A stretch of 64,000 nt of DNA from Candidatus Latescibacterota bacterium (GTDB lineage Bacteria; Latescibacterota; UBA2968; GCA-2709665). Location of the stretch: assembly GCA_965203805.1 (NCBI GenBank), contig OZ241917.1, forward strand, positions 160,001 to 224,000, in the 5' to 3' direction. Of the stretch, positions 41,504 through 50,793 are shown in pieces (the first letter of the stretch is position 1; each line of letters begins with the position of its first letter). Position numbers and translations under genes: made by a program. The notes under the pieces were generated by a model, which was given only the letters and a program-made list of their open reading frames with translations, searched no databases and had not been told where the DNA came from.

Positions 41504-42271
41504 GTGTTGCCCAGCATGCGCCTGGAAGACAAAATCGTGATGGTGACGGGCGCGGGCTCCGGCATCGGCCGGGCCGTGGCCATCGCGGCCGCCGAGGCGG
41601 GCGCGCACTGTGTGCCGTGTGAACTGCCGGAAAAGACCGATGACCTGGCGGGTGTCTGCGCCGACGTCGAACGTCTGGGACGGCGGGCGCTGCCCGTATC
41701 CCTCCGGCTGCCGGACGTGGAGAGCATTGAACTTGCCGTTGAGCAGGCCGTGAAGGAGATGGGGCGGATCGACGTGCTCGTGAACAATGCCGGCGTGAAT
41801 ATCCCCAGAGACGCGCTGGACGTCGACGAGGCGGACTGGGACGGCGTTATGGACGTGAATCTGAAGGGCCTGTTCTTCATGTCCCAGCGCGTCGGGCGCC
41901 GGATGGTGAACGCCGGTGGTGGCAAGATCGTCAATATGGCTTCACAGAACGGCGTGATCGGTTACTATCGCCGAGCGGCCTATTGTTCCAGCAAAGCCGG
42001 GGTGGTGAATCTGACACGCGTACTGGCGCTCGAGTGGGCTCCGTACGGAATCACCGTAAACGCCGTGGGACCCACGTTTATCCTGACGCCCCTTACGCAG
42101 TCCACCTTTGACGATCCGGCGCTCCGGCAGGATCTGTTGAAGCGGATCCCGCTCGGGCGGGTTGGGCGGCCCGAAGACGTCGTGGGGGCCGTGGTTTTCC
42201 TGGCGAGCCAGGCCGCGGATCTGATCACGGGGCACACGCTTCTCGTAGACGGCGGCTGGACGGCGGTTTAG
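41504..42271 (+). CDS. Short-chain dehydrogenase/reductase
   Basis: TGAGSGIG, NNAG, YCSSK, TG....VDGG. Confidence 0.93.
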   Translation: MLPSMRLEDKIVMVTGAGSGIGRAVAIAAAEAGAHCVPCELPEKTDDLAGVCADVERLGRRALPVSLRLPDVESIELAVEQAVKEMGRIDVLVNNAGVNIPRDALDVDEADWDGVMDVNLKGLFFMSQRVGRRMVNAGGGKIVNMASQNGVIGYYRRAAYCSSKAGVVNLTRVLALEWAPYGITVNAVGPTFILTPLTQSTFDDPALRQDLLKRIPLGRVGRPEDVVGAVVFLASQAADLITGHTLLVDGGWTAV

Positions 42272-42325
42272 TCGGTTTCGACGATTGCAGGAAACGATTT
42301 ATACCGGCTGGAAGAGGTCTGTGAA

Positions 42326-43291
42326 ATGGATTCGCCTGGCATTTCTGCAGTCACCGTAGTCGGGGCGGGAACCATGGGCGCCGGTATCGCCGGCATGTTC
42401 GCCCGGAGGGGATGTTGCGTCCATCTCGTCGACCTGAGCGATGCGCTTTTGGATCGGGCCAGGGCGCGCCTGCGGCTGGGCCAGGAGGCGCTGGTCGAGG
42501 CCGGCCTGCTGTGCTCCCGCGACGCGGATGCGTCGGAATCGCGGGTGACAACGACGACGGACCTGGCCGAAGCGTGCGACGGGTCGGATTTTCTGCTGGA
42601 GGCGGTGACCGAAGACCTGGCGTTGAAGCAGGAGCTGTTCTCGGCATTCGACAGACTCTGTCCGCATGACACTGTTCTGGCCACCAATACGTCGGGCCTG
42701 TCGGTGACCGCCATTGCGGGCGCGACCGGTCGTCCGGAAAAGGTGGGCGGGATGCACTTCTGGAACCCGCCGCATCTGATTCCCCTGGTGGAAGTGATAC
42801 GCGCCGACACGACCTCCGACGAAACGGCCGAACGCCTGAAGGCGGTCGCCATCGGGCTGAACAAAAAACCGATCATGGTGCGGCGGGACATTCCCGGATT
42901 CGTGGGGAACCGCCTGCAGTTCGCCGTGGTTCGTGAGGCGCTGCATCTGCTTCAGGAAGGCGTGGCTTCCGCCGAGGATATCGATACCGCGATGACCGCG
43001 GGCCCCGGCCTTCGCTACAGTTTCCTTGGCCCGCTGCGGACCGCGGATCTGGGCGGACTCGATGTGTTTCGAGCCATCAGCAGTTATCTGTTCGCCAGTT
43101 TGAGCGTGGACCGGGAGGCGCCCGAGGCGTTGCACGCGCTCGTCGAGGACGGGAAGCTCGGCGCGAAGACGGGCGCGGGGTTTTACCGCTATTCTAACGC
43201 CGACCTGGGGCGGTTCATACAACATCGTGACCGGACCCTGCTGAGATTGACTGAGGTCCTGGAGGCGGAAGAGGGTGTGACCCATGGCTGA
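42326..43291 (+). CDS. 3-hydroxyacyl-CoA dehydrogenase family protein
   Basis: GAGTMG, EAVTE, TNTS, HFWNPP..PLVE, PGFVGNR, GP....D..GLD, G.KTG.GFY. Confidence 0.92.
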   Translation: MDSPGISAVTVVGAGTMGAGIAGMFARRGCCVHLVDLSDALLDRARARLRLGQEALVEAGLLCSRDADASESRVTTTTDLAEACDGSDFLLEAVTEDLALKQELFSAFDRLCPHDTVLATNTSGLSVTAIAGATGRPEKVGGMHFWNPPHLIPLVEVIRADTTSDETAERLKAVAIGLNKKPIMVRRDIPGFVGNRLQFAVVREALHLLQEGVASAEDIDTAMTAGPGLRYSFLGPLRTADLGGLDVFRAISSYLFASLSVDREAPEALHALVEDGKLGAKTGAGFYRYSNADLGRFIQHRDRTLLRLTEVLEAEEGVTHG

Positions 43292-44282
43292 TCTGGCATC
43301 CGGCTCGGGCCCGCTGTTTACAGATCCGGACCCCGAGGAGGCGCGACGGGCCTTCCGGAAGAAACGCGCGGCCTTCGAAGACAAAGTGACGTCCGTTCAG
43401 GATGCAGTTGCACAATTCGTGAGAGACGGCGACTACGTCGCCTCGGGCGGGTTTGGCGCGAACCGGATTTCGACCGCGTGCATGCACGAGATCCTTCGGC
43501 AAGGCCGGCAGGATCTGGGTTTTGCCGGCCATACGACCACTCACGACTTCGAAATCCTGGCAGCAGGAAATCGAAGCGGCCGCAAGTTGCTGTCCCGGGT
43601 GGATGCGGCATATATCGTCGGACTGGAGGCAAGGGGGTTGTCGCCGCAAGCCAGGCGGACGATGCAAAGCGGCGAGGTCACCGTGTGCGAGTGGTCTAAC
43701 TTTGCCCTGGCGGCGCGCTTCCGGGCGGCGGCCGCGGGTGTGCCGTTTATGCCCATGCGGAGTCTGCTGGGCACGGACACCTTCAAGCGCAGTGCGGCGA
43801 AGGAAATCGTCTGTCCGTTCACGGGACATAGGCTTCTGGCCGTGCCCGCGCTGTATCCCGACGTCTCGTTTATCCACGTGCACGAAAGCGATCCCTGCGG
43901 AAATTGCCGGATTCGCGGGATTTCGGTGGCGGATTTCGACCTCGCGCGCGCCTCCAAACGCCTGGTCGTCACAACGGAGCGACTCGTCGGCACCGAAGAG
44001 ATCCGGCGGACGCCGGAGGCCACGGTGATTCCCGCGTTTTGCGTGGATGCGGTCTGCGAGGTACCGTTCGGTTCTTATCCGGGAAACATGGCGGGAGCGT
44101 ATTTCTCGGATGAGGACCATCTCACGGAATGGCTCGACGTCGAACGGGATGAAGACAGGTTTGACGCCTTTTTGCAGAAGTACATCTACGACGTGGAGCG
44201 CTTTGAGCAGTATGTACAGCTGTGCGGTGGGGCCGAACGCCTGAAGGAACTGCGGGATCTGGAGTTGCATCCGGAGTCCTGA
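43284..44282 (+). CDS. CoA-transferase subunit A (glutaconate CoA-transferase-like)
   Basis: V.DGD...SGGF, A.A.GVPF.P.RS.LGTD, PAL.PD...IH, VD.V.E.PFG.YP. Confidence 0.88.
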   Translation: MADLASGSGPLFTDPDPEEARRAFRKKRAAFEDKVTSVQDAVAQFVRDGDYVASGGFGANRISTACMHEILRQGRQDLGFAGHTTTHDFEILAAGNRSGRKLLSRVDAAYIVGLEARGLSPQARRTMQSGEVTVCEWSNFALAARFRAAAAGVPFMPMRSLLGTDTFKRSAAKEIVCPFTGHRLLAVPALYPDVSFIHVHESDPCGNCRIRGISVADFDLARASKRLVVTTERLVGTEEIRRTPEATVIPAFCVDAVCEVPFGSYPGNMAGAYFSDEDHLTEWLDVERDEDRFDAFLQKYIYDVERFEQYVQLCGGAERLKELRDLELHPES

Positions 44283-44356
44283 TGGCCGCGCGGTCGTGCG
44301 TTCCGGCTGTTGAAGCGGACATTCACGGCCGTCAACGCGTTAAGGAGGAGAAGGGC

Positions 44357-45124
44357 ATGTCCGATTACAGCGCCACCGAACTGGCGATCTGCACGGCATC
44401 CAGAATGTTGGAGGACGGCGCCACGGTGGGCGTCGGAACCGGAGCGCCGTGCGCCACGGCGATGCTTGCGCAAAAACGTCATGCCCCGCATCTGCTGGTC
44501 GCGTTCGAAGCAGGCGGCCTCGCGCCGCTGTTGCCGTCCATGCCGATTTCAGTTGGGGATTCCAGGACGTTTTATCAGGCGCAGATGGCGACCAGTATGG
44601 GCGACGTCATGGAGGCGTGCCAGCGCGGGATGATGGATTACGCCTTCCTGGGCGGGGCTCAGATCGATCCGTTCGGCAACCTGAACTCAACGGTGATCGG
44701 GGATCACGGGCGTCCCAAAGTACGGTTTCCGGGCAGTGGCGGGGGAAACGACTTCGCCAGTCTGTGCTGGCGCACAATGGTCATGACGCAGCACGATCGA
44801 AGGCGGTTCGTGGAACGGCTGGATTTCCTGACCACGCCAGGCTTCCTTACGGGTCCCGGCGCCCGCGAGGAGGCGGGGTTGCCGCACGGCGGAGGGCCGT
44901 ATAAGGTGATCACGGACCTGGCGGTGATGGGGTACGATCCCGTTAGCTGCCGGATGCAGGTGGAGAGCCTGCATCCCGGGGTCACCTTCGAGACGGTTCA
45001 GGCAAACACCGGGTTCGAGTTGTCGCTGTCGCCCGGCGCGGGTGAAACAGCGGCACCTGAAGAGGACGAATTGCGCATCCTCAGGGATGAGGTGGATCCG
45101 TACCGGTATATCATCGGCAGATAG
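44357..45124 (+). CDS. CoA-transferase subunit B
   Basis: VGTG.P, catalytic-position FEAG, LGGAQIDPFGNLN, PGSGG.ND, TGF; AAGGAGG RBS. Confidence 0.88.
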   Translation: MSDYSATELAICTASRMLEDGATVGVGTGAPCATAMLAQKRHAPHLLVAFEAGGLAPLLPSMPISVGDSRTFYQAQMATSMGDVMEACQRGMMDYAFLGGAQIDPFGNLNSTVIGDHGRPKVRFPGSGGGNDFASLCWRTMVMTQHDRRRFVERLDFLTTPGFLTGPGAREEAGLPHGGGPYKVITDLAVMGYDPVSCRMQVESLHPGVTFETVQANTGFELSLSPGAGETAAPEEDELRILRDEVDPYRYIIGR

Positions 45125-45140
45125 AAGGCGGAGGATTCGA

Positions 45141-46004
45141 ATGGCATCCGTAGAGGAGATTTACCGTTTTGACGAGCTGACCTGGCCCGAGGTAAACGAA
45201 GCCGTGGCGATGGGCAAGATCCCCATAATTCCCACGGGCTCGGTCGAACAGCACGGGCACCATCTGCCGCTGAAGGTCGATCATCTCTGCGCCGACGCGG
45301 TGGCGACCGAGGCCGCGAGACGGAAGCCGGGCCTGAGCCTGGTATTGCCGCCGGTCAGCTACGGCTACGTCCACCACGTCATGGACTTTCCGGGGTCGTT
45401 GAATATTCATTTCGAGCATTTTATACAGTACGTTCTGGATATTTGCAAGAGCCTGGCCTATCATGGATTCAAGAAGATGATCCTGGTGAACGGCCACGGA
45501 TCCAACCACAACCTCGTGGACATGGTGGCCAGGCGCGCGATCGTCGAAACGGACGCGAGTTGCGTGTTCTGTTCCTGGTGGCAGTTGTTGAAAGTGAATC
45601 CGGACTTCGACAAGAAGTGGCGTGAGAGCGTCTTCCCGGGAGGCTGCGCCCACGCGGGCGAACTGGAAACGTCAATGATGTTGTACCTTGCGCCTGAAAG
45701 CGTGCGCAAGGACCGGATCAGGAGCGAGATTGCGAAAACGAACAAACTGGGGTCGAAGTTCGTCTGGACGGATCTGTTCGCCAAGGGTGCGATGGGACTG
45801 ATCGAATGGACCAGCCAGTATACCGACAGCGGTGTGATGGGCGAGGCCGAGAAGGCGACTGCGGAGAAGGGCAGGATCGTTTTCGAGGAAGCCAGCCGGA
45901 ATCTGGCGGAGTTCATTGAGGAATACCACGCGATGGAGATCGCCGGGCGTACGCCGCACCAGAAGGATGCGCCGACGTTTCCGCTCTCGTATCCCACGGA
46001 TTGA
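45141..46004 (+). CDS. Creatininase family amidohydrolase
   Basis: PTGSVEQHG.HLP..VD, HH..FPGS, NGHGSN, HAGELETS, G.A..ATAEKG. Confidence 0.92.
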   Translation: MASVEEIYRFDELTWPEVNEAVAMGKIPIIPTGSVEQHGHHLPLKVDHLCADAVATEAARRKPGLSLVLPPVSYGYVHHVMDFPGSLNIHFEHFIQYVLDICKSLAYHGFKKMILVNGHGSNHNLVDMVARRAIVETDASCVFCSWWQLLKVNPDFDKKWRESVFPGGCAHAGELETSMMLYLAPESVRKDRIRSEIAKTNKLGSKFVWTDLFAKGAMGLIEWTSQYTDSGVMGEAEKATAEKGRIVFEEASRNLAEFIEEYHAMEIAGRTPHQKDAPTFPLSYPTD

Positions 46005-46103
46005 ATTGACGTATCGGGAGCATGCTGCCGGGTTTTGCGGATGCTTCCTGAACATTCATGCAGATTTCCATTTCTGAAACAAGTGGAAAAAAGGGGGTGC
46101 AGA

Positions 46104-47072
46104 ATGAAGCTTGTAACCTTTGGGATTGGTAGAAACCGGTACGTCGGGGCCGTTACCGCCGATGGCGGAATCGTCGTGGATCTCGCGGCCGCAGAGAAGG
46201 AACTGGCCGGAAATCAGGGCCGGGAGCCCCGCGGAATTTTCGGCGAGATGCTCAGTCTGCTCGACGCGGGTGGGGCGGGGCTCCGCGCGGCGAAACAGGT
46301 ATCGCAATTTGCCGAAGACCGGTTGGGAGGTACGGCCGACGGCCGGCTTGGTCATCCGATCGGCCGCGTAAGGCTCAAGGCGCCTGTGCCGAATCCCCGA
46401 AAGGTGTTCTGCCTGGCGGGAAACTACCAGGACCATATTGAAGAGGGCGGCGGAAAAATGGCCGTCCAGGACAGGGAAACGCCGCGGGTCTTCATGAAGC
46501 CGCCGTCCACGACGGTGATCGGGCCCGGAGAGCGCATCCTGATTCCGCCCGTGGCCCGTTCGATCGACTGGGAGGGCGAACTGGCCGTGGTGATGGGGAG
46601 AAAGGCAAAGGCGGTCAAGGCGGAAGACGCGCTGAAATACGTGGCCGGCTATACGATAATGAACGACGTGTCCGAACGGGACCTCGTGATCAAAGAGCGG
46701 ACGGATAGCCGCGACCGAGACAAGTGGTTCGACTGGCTGAACGGAAAATGGCTGGATACGTTCGGACCCCAGGGGCCGTGGATCGTAACGTCCGATGAGA
46801 TTGAGGACCCCCAGGCGCTGGAGATCAGCACCTACGTGAATGGCGAGAGAAAACAGAACAACAACACGGGGCAGATGTTATATCCCGTTGATATGATCAT
46901 CGAATATATCTCGGCGATCATTACCCTCGAGCCGGGCGATCTGATCAGTACCGGCACCATTTCCGGAGTGGGCGCGACCACGGGAACCTTCATGAAGCCC
47001 GGTGACCGTGTGGAAATCGAAATCTCGGGAATCGGCGTGTTGCGGAACGGCGTGGCGGCAAGCAAGCGTTGA
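46104..47072 (+). CDS. Fumarylacetoacetate hydrolase family protein
   Basis: CLAGNY..H, F.KP, DWEGEL, NDVS.R, GK..DTFGP.GP, LEPGD.I.TGT. Confidence 0.92.
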   Translation: MKLVTFGIGRNRYVGAVTADGGIVVDLAAAEKELAGNQGREPRGIFGEMLSLLDAGGAGLRAAKQVSQFAEDRLGGTADGRLGHPIGRVRLKAPVPNPRKVFCLAGNYQDHIEEGGGKMAVQDRETPRVFMKPPSTTVIGPGERILIPPVARSIDWEGELAVVMGRKAKAVKAEDALKYVAGYTIMNDVSERDLVIKERTDSRDRDKWFDWLNGKWLDTFGPQGPWIVTSDEIEDPQALEISTYVNGERKQNNNTGQMLYPVDMIIEYISAIITLEPGDLISTGTISGVGATTGTFMKPGDRVEIEISGIGVLRNGVAASKR

Positions 47073-47145
47073 CTTTGCAGCGGCTCGATGGATATTCTCG
47101 CCGCCGAAAAGACGCCTGTGCGTTCCGGTATAAGGGTACGGTGAA

Positions 47146-48177
47146 GTGGACGCGAAGAGTAAACGTAAGATCAACTGGTACAGGTGTCCCGTGGACAGGG
47201 ATACGCTGAACGCGCTGAATCGGCGCAGCGACTTCAAGGGGTTTCTGCAGACGCTGGGTCACCTCGGCTTGCTCACCCTGACGGGCGGGTTTGCCTGGTA
47301 CGCGTCGGAACACCTCGCGCTGGCTTTCCTGATCCTGGCCCTGTTCCTGCACGGGACCGGTTATGCATTTCTGCTGAACGGGTTTCACGAGTTCTGCCAT
47401 GGTACGGTGTTCAGATCGAGGTGGTTGAACGTGATATTTCTCAAGGTCTTCAGTTTCCTGGGCTGGTACAATCCCGTCTTTTTCTGGACCAGCCACTCGA
47501 AGCACCACCGGTTCACCCTGCATCCGCCGGACGATATGGAAGTCGTGCTTCCGGTGGAGATTACGCTCGGCAGTTTCCTCAAGGCCGCGGTTGTCAATCC
47601 CTGGGGTCTGTACAACAGATTGAAAGGGGTCGTTCGCCTGTGTTTCGGAAAGTTGGAGGGTCCGTGGGAGCATGTCCTGTTTCCGGAGTCGGACCCCGCG
47701 CTGCGGCGGCGTCTGTTTAACTGGGCGCGTATCCTGCTGGCGGGTCACGGGCTGCTCGCGGGCGTGTCGATCTATTCCGGTCTGTGGATGCTTCCGGTAT
47801 TGGTCACGTTGGCGCCGTTCTACGGCGGGTGGCTGCTGTTTCTCTGCAACAACACGCAACATGTGGGCCTCCGGGACAACGTGCCCGACTTCAGACTGAA
47901 CAGCCGGACTGTGATATTGAATCCGCTGTTTCGGTTTCTCTATTGGCACATGAACTACCACATCGAACATCACATGTACGCCGCGGTTCCGTGTTATCAC
48001 CTGGGAAGGCTGCACAAGATGATCAAACCCGAAATGCCGCGGTGTCAGGTCGGCCTCATCGCCTGCTGGAAGGAAATCATCGGCATTTTGAAAAAGCAGA
48101 AAACAGACTCCGGGTACCAGTATACGCCGGAACTCCCCCCGCGCGTTGAGAATTACGAGCCGGAGCCGGCCGATTAA
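47146..48177 (+). CDS. Membrane fatty-acid desaturase/hydroxylase family protein
   Basis: Three His boxes HEFCH, HSKHH, YHIEHH plus TM segments. Confidence 0.88.
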   Translation: MDAKSKRKINWYRCPVDRDTLNALNRRSDFKGFLQTLGHLGLLTLTGGFAWYASEHLALAFLILALFLHGTGYAFLLNGFHEFCHGTVFRSRWLNVIFLKVFSFLGWYNPVFFWTSHSKHHRFTLHPPDDMEVVLPVEITLGSFLKAAVVNPWGLYNRLKGVVRLCFGKLEGPWEHVLFPESDPALRRRLFNWARILLAGHGLLAGVSIYSGLWMLPVLVTLAPFYGGWLLFLCNNTQHVGLRDNVPDFRLNSRTVILNPLFRFLYWHMNYHIEHHMYAAVPCYHLGRLHKMIKPEMPRCQVGLIACWKEIIGILKKQKTDSGYQYTPELPPRVENYEPEPAD

Positions 48178-48221
48178 CCCCCTCATCCGAAACCGCACCC
48201 CTTGAAGGGACCCGTCCTGCC

Positions 48222-49415
48222 GTGGCAGACCGCCCGAAGATCGCCGCCGTCGTTACCGAGTACCGCAAGTACTCCCATGCCCAGCATATCTGCGACCGCT
48301 TTCTCGAAGGTTACGGCTGGAACGGCCGGCATCACCGACCGCCCATGGACCTGGTCTCGCTCTACGTGGATCAGCGCCCGGAAGGCGACCTCAGCGGCGA
48401 GCGGGCCGCCCGTTTCCCCGGCGTGGTCATCTATCCCACCGTGGGCGATGCCCTGACCCGCGGCGGTTCGGACCTCGCCGTGGATGGCGTCCTTCTCGTG
48501 GGCGAGCACGGACAATACGGTACGAACGACAGGGGTCAGCATCTTTATCCGCGGTACGAGTTGTTCAAGCAGATCGCGGCTGTGTACCGCACGTCGGGCA
48601 GGAGCGCGCCGGTCTTCAACGACAAGCATCTGTCGTGGCGCTGGGACTGGGCGAAAGAGATGTACGATGTTTCACGGGAGATGGGTTTTGCCTTTATGGC
48701 GGGCTCGTCACTCCCGGTGACGTGGCGTACGCCCTCCATCGATATGCCGCTTGACGCCCGTGTGACCGAAGCCATGTGCATCGGTTACGGCGGCGTGGAC
48801 AGCTACGATTTTCACGCACTGGAGACCCTGCAGTGCATGGTCGAGCGGCGCCGGGGAGGCGAGACGGGCGTCCTGTGGCTCGACACGTTCCGGGGCGAAC
48901 GTTTCTGGAATGCGCATCATGATCGTGTCTGGTCACGGGAACTCTTCGAGTCCTGCCTGGCGCGCAGCCACACGCTGGCGCAGCCTCGCGCGGGTTTCAG
49001 CCATGTGCTACCCACACTGGACGAGATGAAGTCGCTCGAGGACGATCCCATCGCCTACCAGTACGAACACAACGACGGCCTGGTATCCACCATGATTCTG
49101 CTCAACGGCGTTGTGCGGGATTTCAATTTCGCGGCGCACCTGCCGGAGCGGCGCCATCCTCTGTCCACCCAGATGTACCTGCCCATGCCGCCCGCGTACA
49201 CGACCCTTGCGAATTTCTTTTCGCCTCAGGTCAATAATGTGGAACGCATGTTCCTCACGGGTATCGCCACATATCCCGTTGAGCGGACCCTGCTCACCAC
49301 GGGACTCGTGGCCGCGGGGGTGGAAGGTCTGAACCGGGACCAGGCACGGGTTCAGACGCCGCATCTGAACGTGGTATACCGGCCCAATCCCGAATCGACC
49401 TTCTGGAGGACGTGA
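48222..49415 (+). CDS. Uncharacterised oxidoreductase-like protein, paralog 1
   Basis: SHAQHI.DRF, SLYVDQ, LAVDGVLLVGEHG, FNDKHLS, AGSSLP, YDFHALE; clearly homologous to the next gene. Confidence 0.75.
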   Translation: MADRPKIAAVVTEYRKYSHAQHICDRFLEGYGWNGRHHRPPMDLVSLYVDQRPEGDLSGERAARFPGVVIYPTVGDALTRGGSDLAVDGVLLVGEHGQYGTNDRGQHLYPRYELFKQIAAVYRTSGRSAPVFNDKHLSWRWDWAKEMYDVSREMGFAFMAGSSLPVTWRTPSIDMPLDARVTEAMCIGYGGVDSYDFHALETLQCMVERRRGGETGVLWLDTFRGERFWNAHHDRVWSRELFESCLARSHTLAQPRAGFSHVLPTLDEMKSLEDDPIAYQYEHNDGLVSTMILLNGVVRDFNFAAHLPERRHPLSTQMYLPMPPAYTTLANFFSPQVNNVERMFLTGIATYPVERTLLTTGLVAAGVEGLNRDQARVQTPHLNVVYRPNPESTFWRT

Positions 49416-50630
49416 ATGGATTGCCGCGGAAAACAGGGCGCGCCGGCTGCCGCGCCACGGCGTCTCGCCGTGATCGCCACCATTTATCGCTACCTCTCCC
49501 ACGCGCAGCATATCGCGGACCGGTTCGAGGTCGGGTACCCGTATGAAGGGCGGTGGCGGTGGCCTGACACGCGCATCGTTTCGCTCTACGTAGACCAGAA
49601 GCCGGAGGGTGACCAGAGCCGGGACCGCGCAAGGGAATTCGGGTTTGACGTCTACGACACCATATCCCGGGCGCTTCGCTGCGGCACCGACCGGCTGGCC
49701 GTGGATGCGGTGTTGATCATCGGGGAGCACGGCGAATACCCGAATAACGACAAGGGGCAGAAACTCTATCCGCGGTATGAGTTCTTCAAGGAGTGCGTCA
49801 GGGTCTTTGAGCAGGACGGTGTTGCCGTGCCCGTGTTTAACGACAAACACCTCTCCTACAGCTTTGGGAAAGCCCGCGAGATGGTGGCTGACTCCCGCCG
49901 CCTCGGGTTTCCGCTTCTGGCGGGGTCTTCGCTGCCCGTCAGCTATCGGTTGCCGGACCTGGAGTTGCCGCTGGACTGCGGCATTCAGGAGGCCCTGATG
50001 GTGGGGGTTGGCGGCTCCGATGCGATGGACTACCATGCACTCGAAGCCATGCAGTGCATGGTCGAACGCAGGCAGGGGGGCGAAACCGGCGTCAGGGCCG
50101 TGCAGATGATCGAGGGTGACGCCGTCTGGCGGGCGGGCGAGGAGGGCCGATGGACCAGGGAGTTGCTTGAAGCAGCCCTTTCGCGCAGCGATTCGCCTTG
50201 CGGCCTGCCCGAAGCAGACGGCCGCACCCGGGATCTCCTGGAGGCAGGGGAACTGCCGGGCCTCGCGAAAAATCCCGCGGCCTACTTTATCGAGTACCGG
50301 GACGGCTTGAGGGCGACGCTTCTCATGCTGAACGGGGCCGTGCGCGATTACTGCTTTGCGGCGCGGGTGGACGGATACGATACGCCGGCATCCACGCAGT
50401 TTCTCCTGTCACCCACGCCGAACGTCACCTATTCGGCCTGCTTGGTCCACAAAATCGTGGAGATGATAGAAAGTGGCGCGGCGCCGTACCCGCCTGAACG
50501 GACCCTCATCGTCTGCGGCATTCTCGAGGCCTGTCTTACATCCAGATTGCAGGGCGAGACACGCCTGGAGACGCCCCACATCGACGTGGCCTACCAGGCG
50601 CCCGCGGAGTCTCACCACGCGAAGGCTTGA
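49416..50630 (+). CDS. Uncharacterised oxidoreductase-like protein, paralog 2
   Basis: Same motif series as 48222-49415; starts directly after its stop. Confidence 0.75.
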   Translation: MDCRGKQGAPAAAPRRLAVIATIYRYLSHAQHIADRFEVGYPYEGRWRWPDTRIVSLYVDQKPEGDQSRDRAREFGFDVYDTISRALRCGTDRLAVDAVLIIGEHGEYPNNDKGQKLYPRYEFFKECVRVFEQDGVAVPVFNDKHLSYSFGKAREMVADSRRLGFPLLAGSSLPVSYRLPDLELPLDCGIQEALMVGVGGSDAMDYHALEAMQCMVERRQGGETGVRAVQMIEGDAVWRAGEEGRWTRELLEAALSRSDSPCGLPEADGRTRDLLEAGELPGLAKNPAAYFIEYRDGLRATLLMLNGAVRDYCFAARVDGYDTPASTQFLLSPTPNVTYSACLVHKIVEMIESGAAPYPPERTLIVCGILEACLTSRLQGETRLETPHIDVAYQAPAESHHAKA

Positions 50631-50793
50631 CAGGTTCAGCACCACGAGTCTTGATCCCGGGCAAACCGGCAGTATGTCCGGGTTTCTTTATTGCCTGCAG
50701 GATTACTGCTGCGAAACCGCGGGATTTTTTATACTATTATGGAAACGAGTCGGGCGATTGATTGACGGACGTCGAACACACGGGAGGTGTGCC

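Noticed and set aside
50660-50740. Loose similarity to 52988-53035 (CCGG..TTCTT..CTGCAG..ACTGC..CCGCGG..TTTTTATAC)
   Set aside because: Requires several gaps; cannot be distinguished from chance or generic promoter composition by eye.
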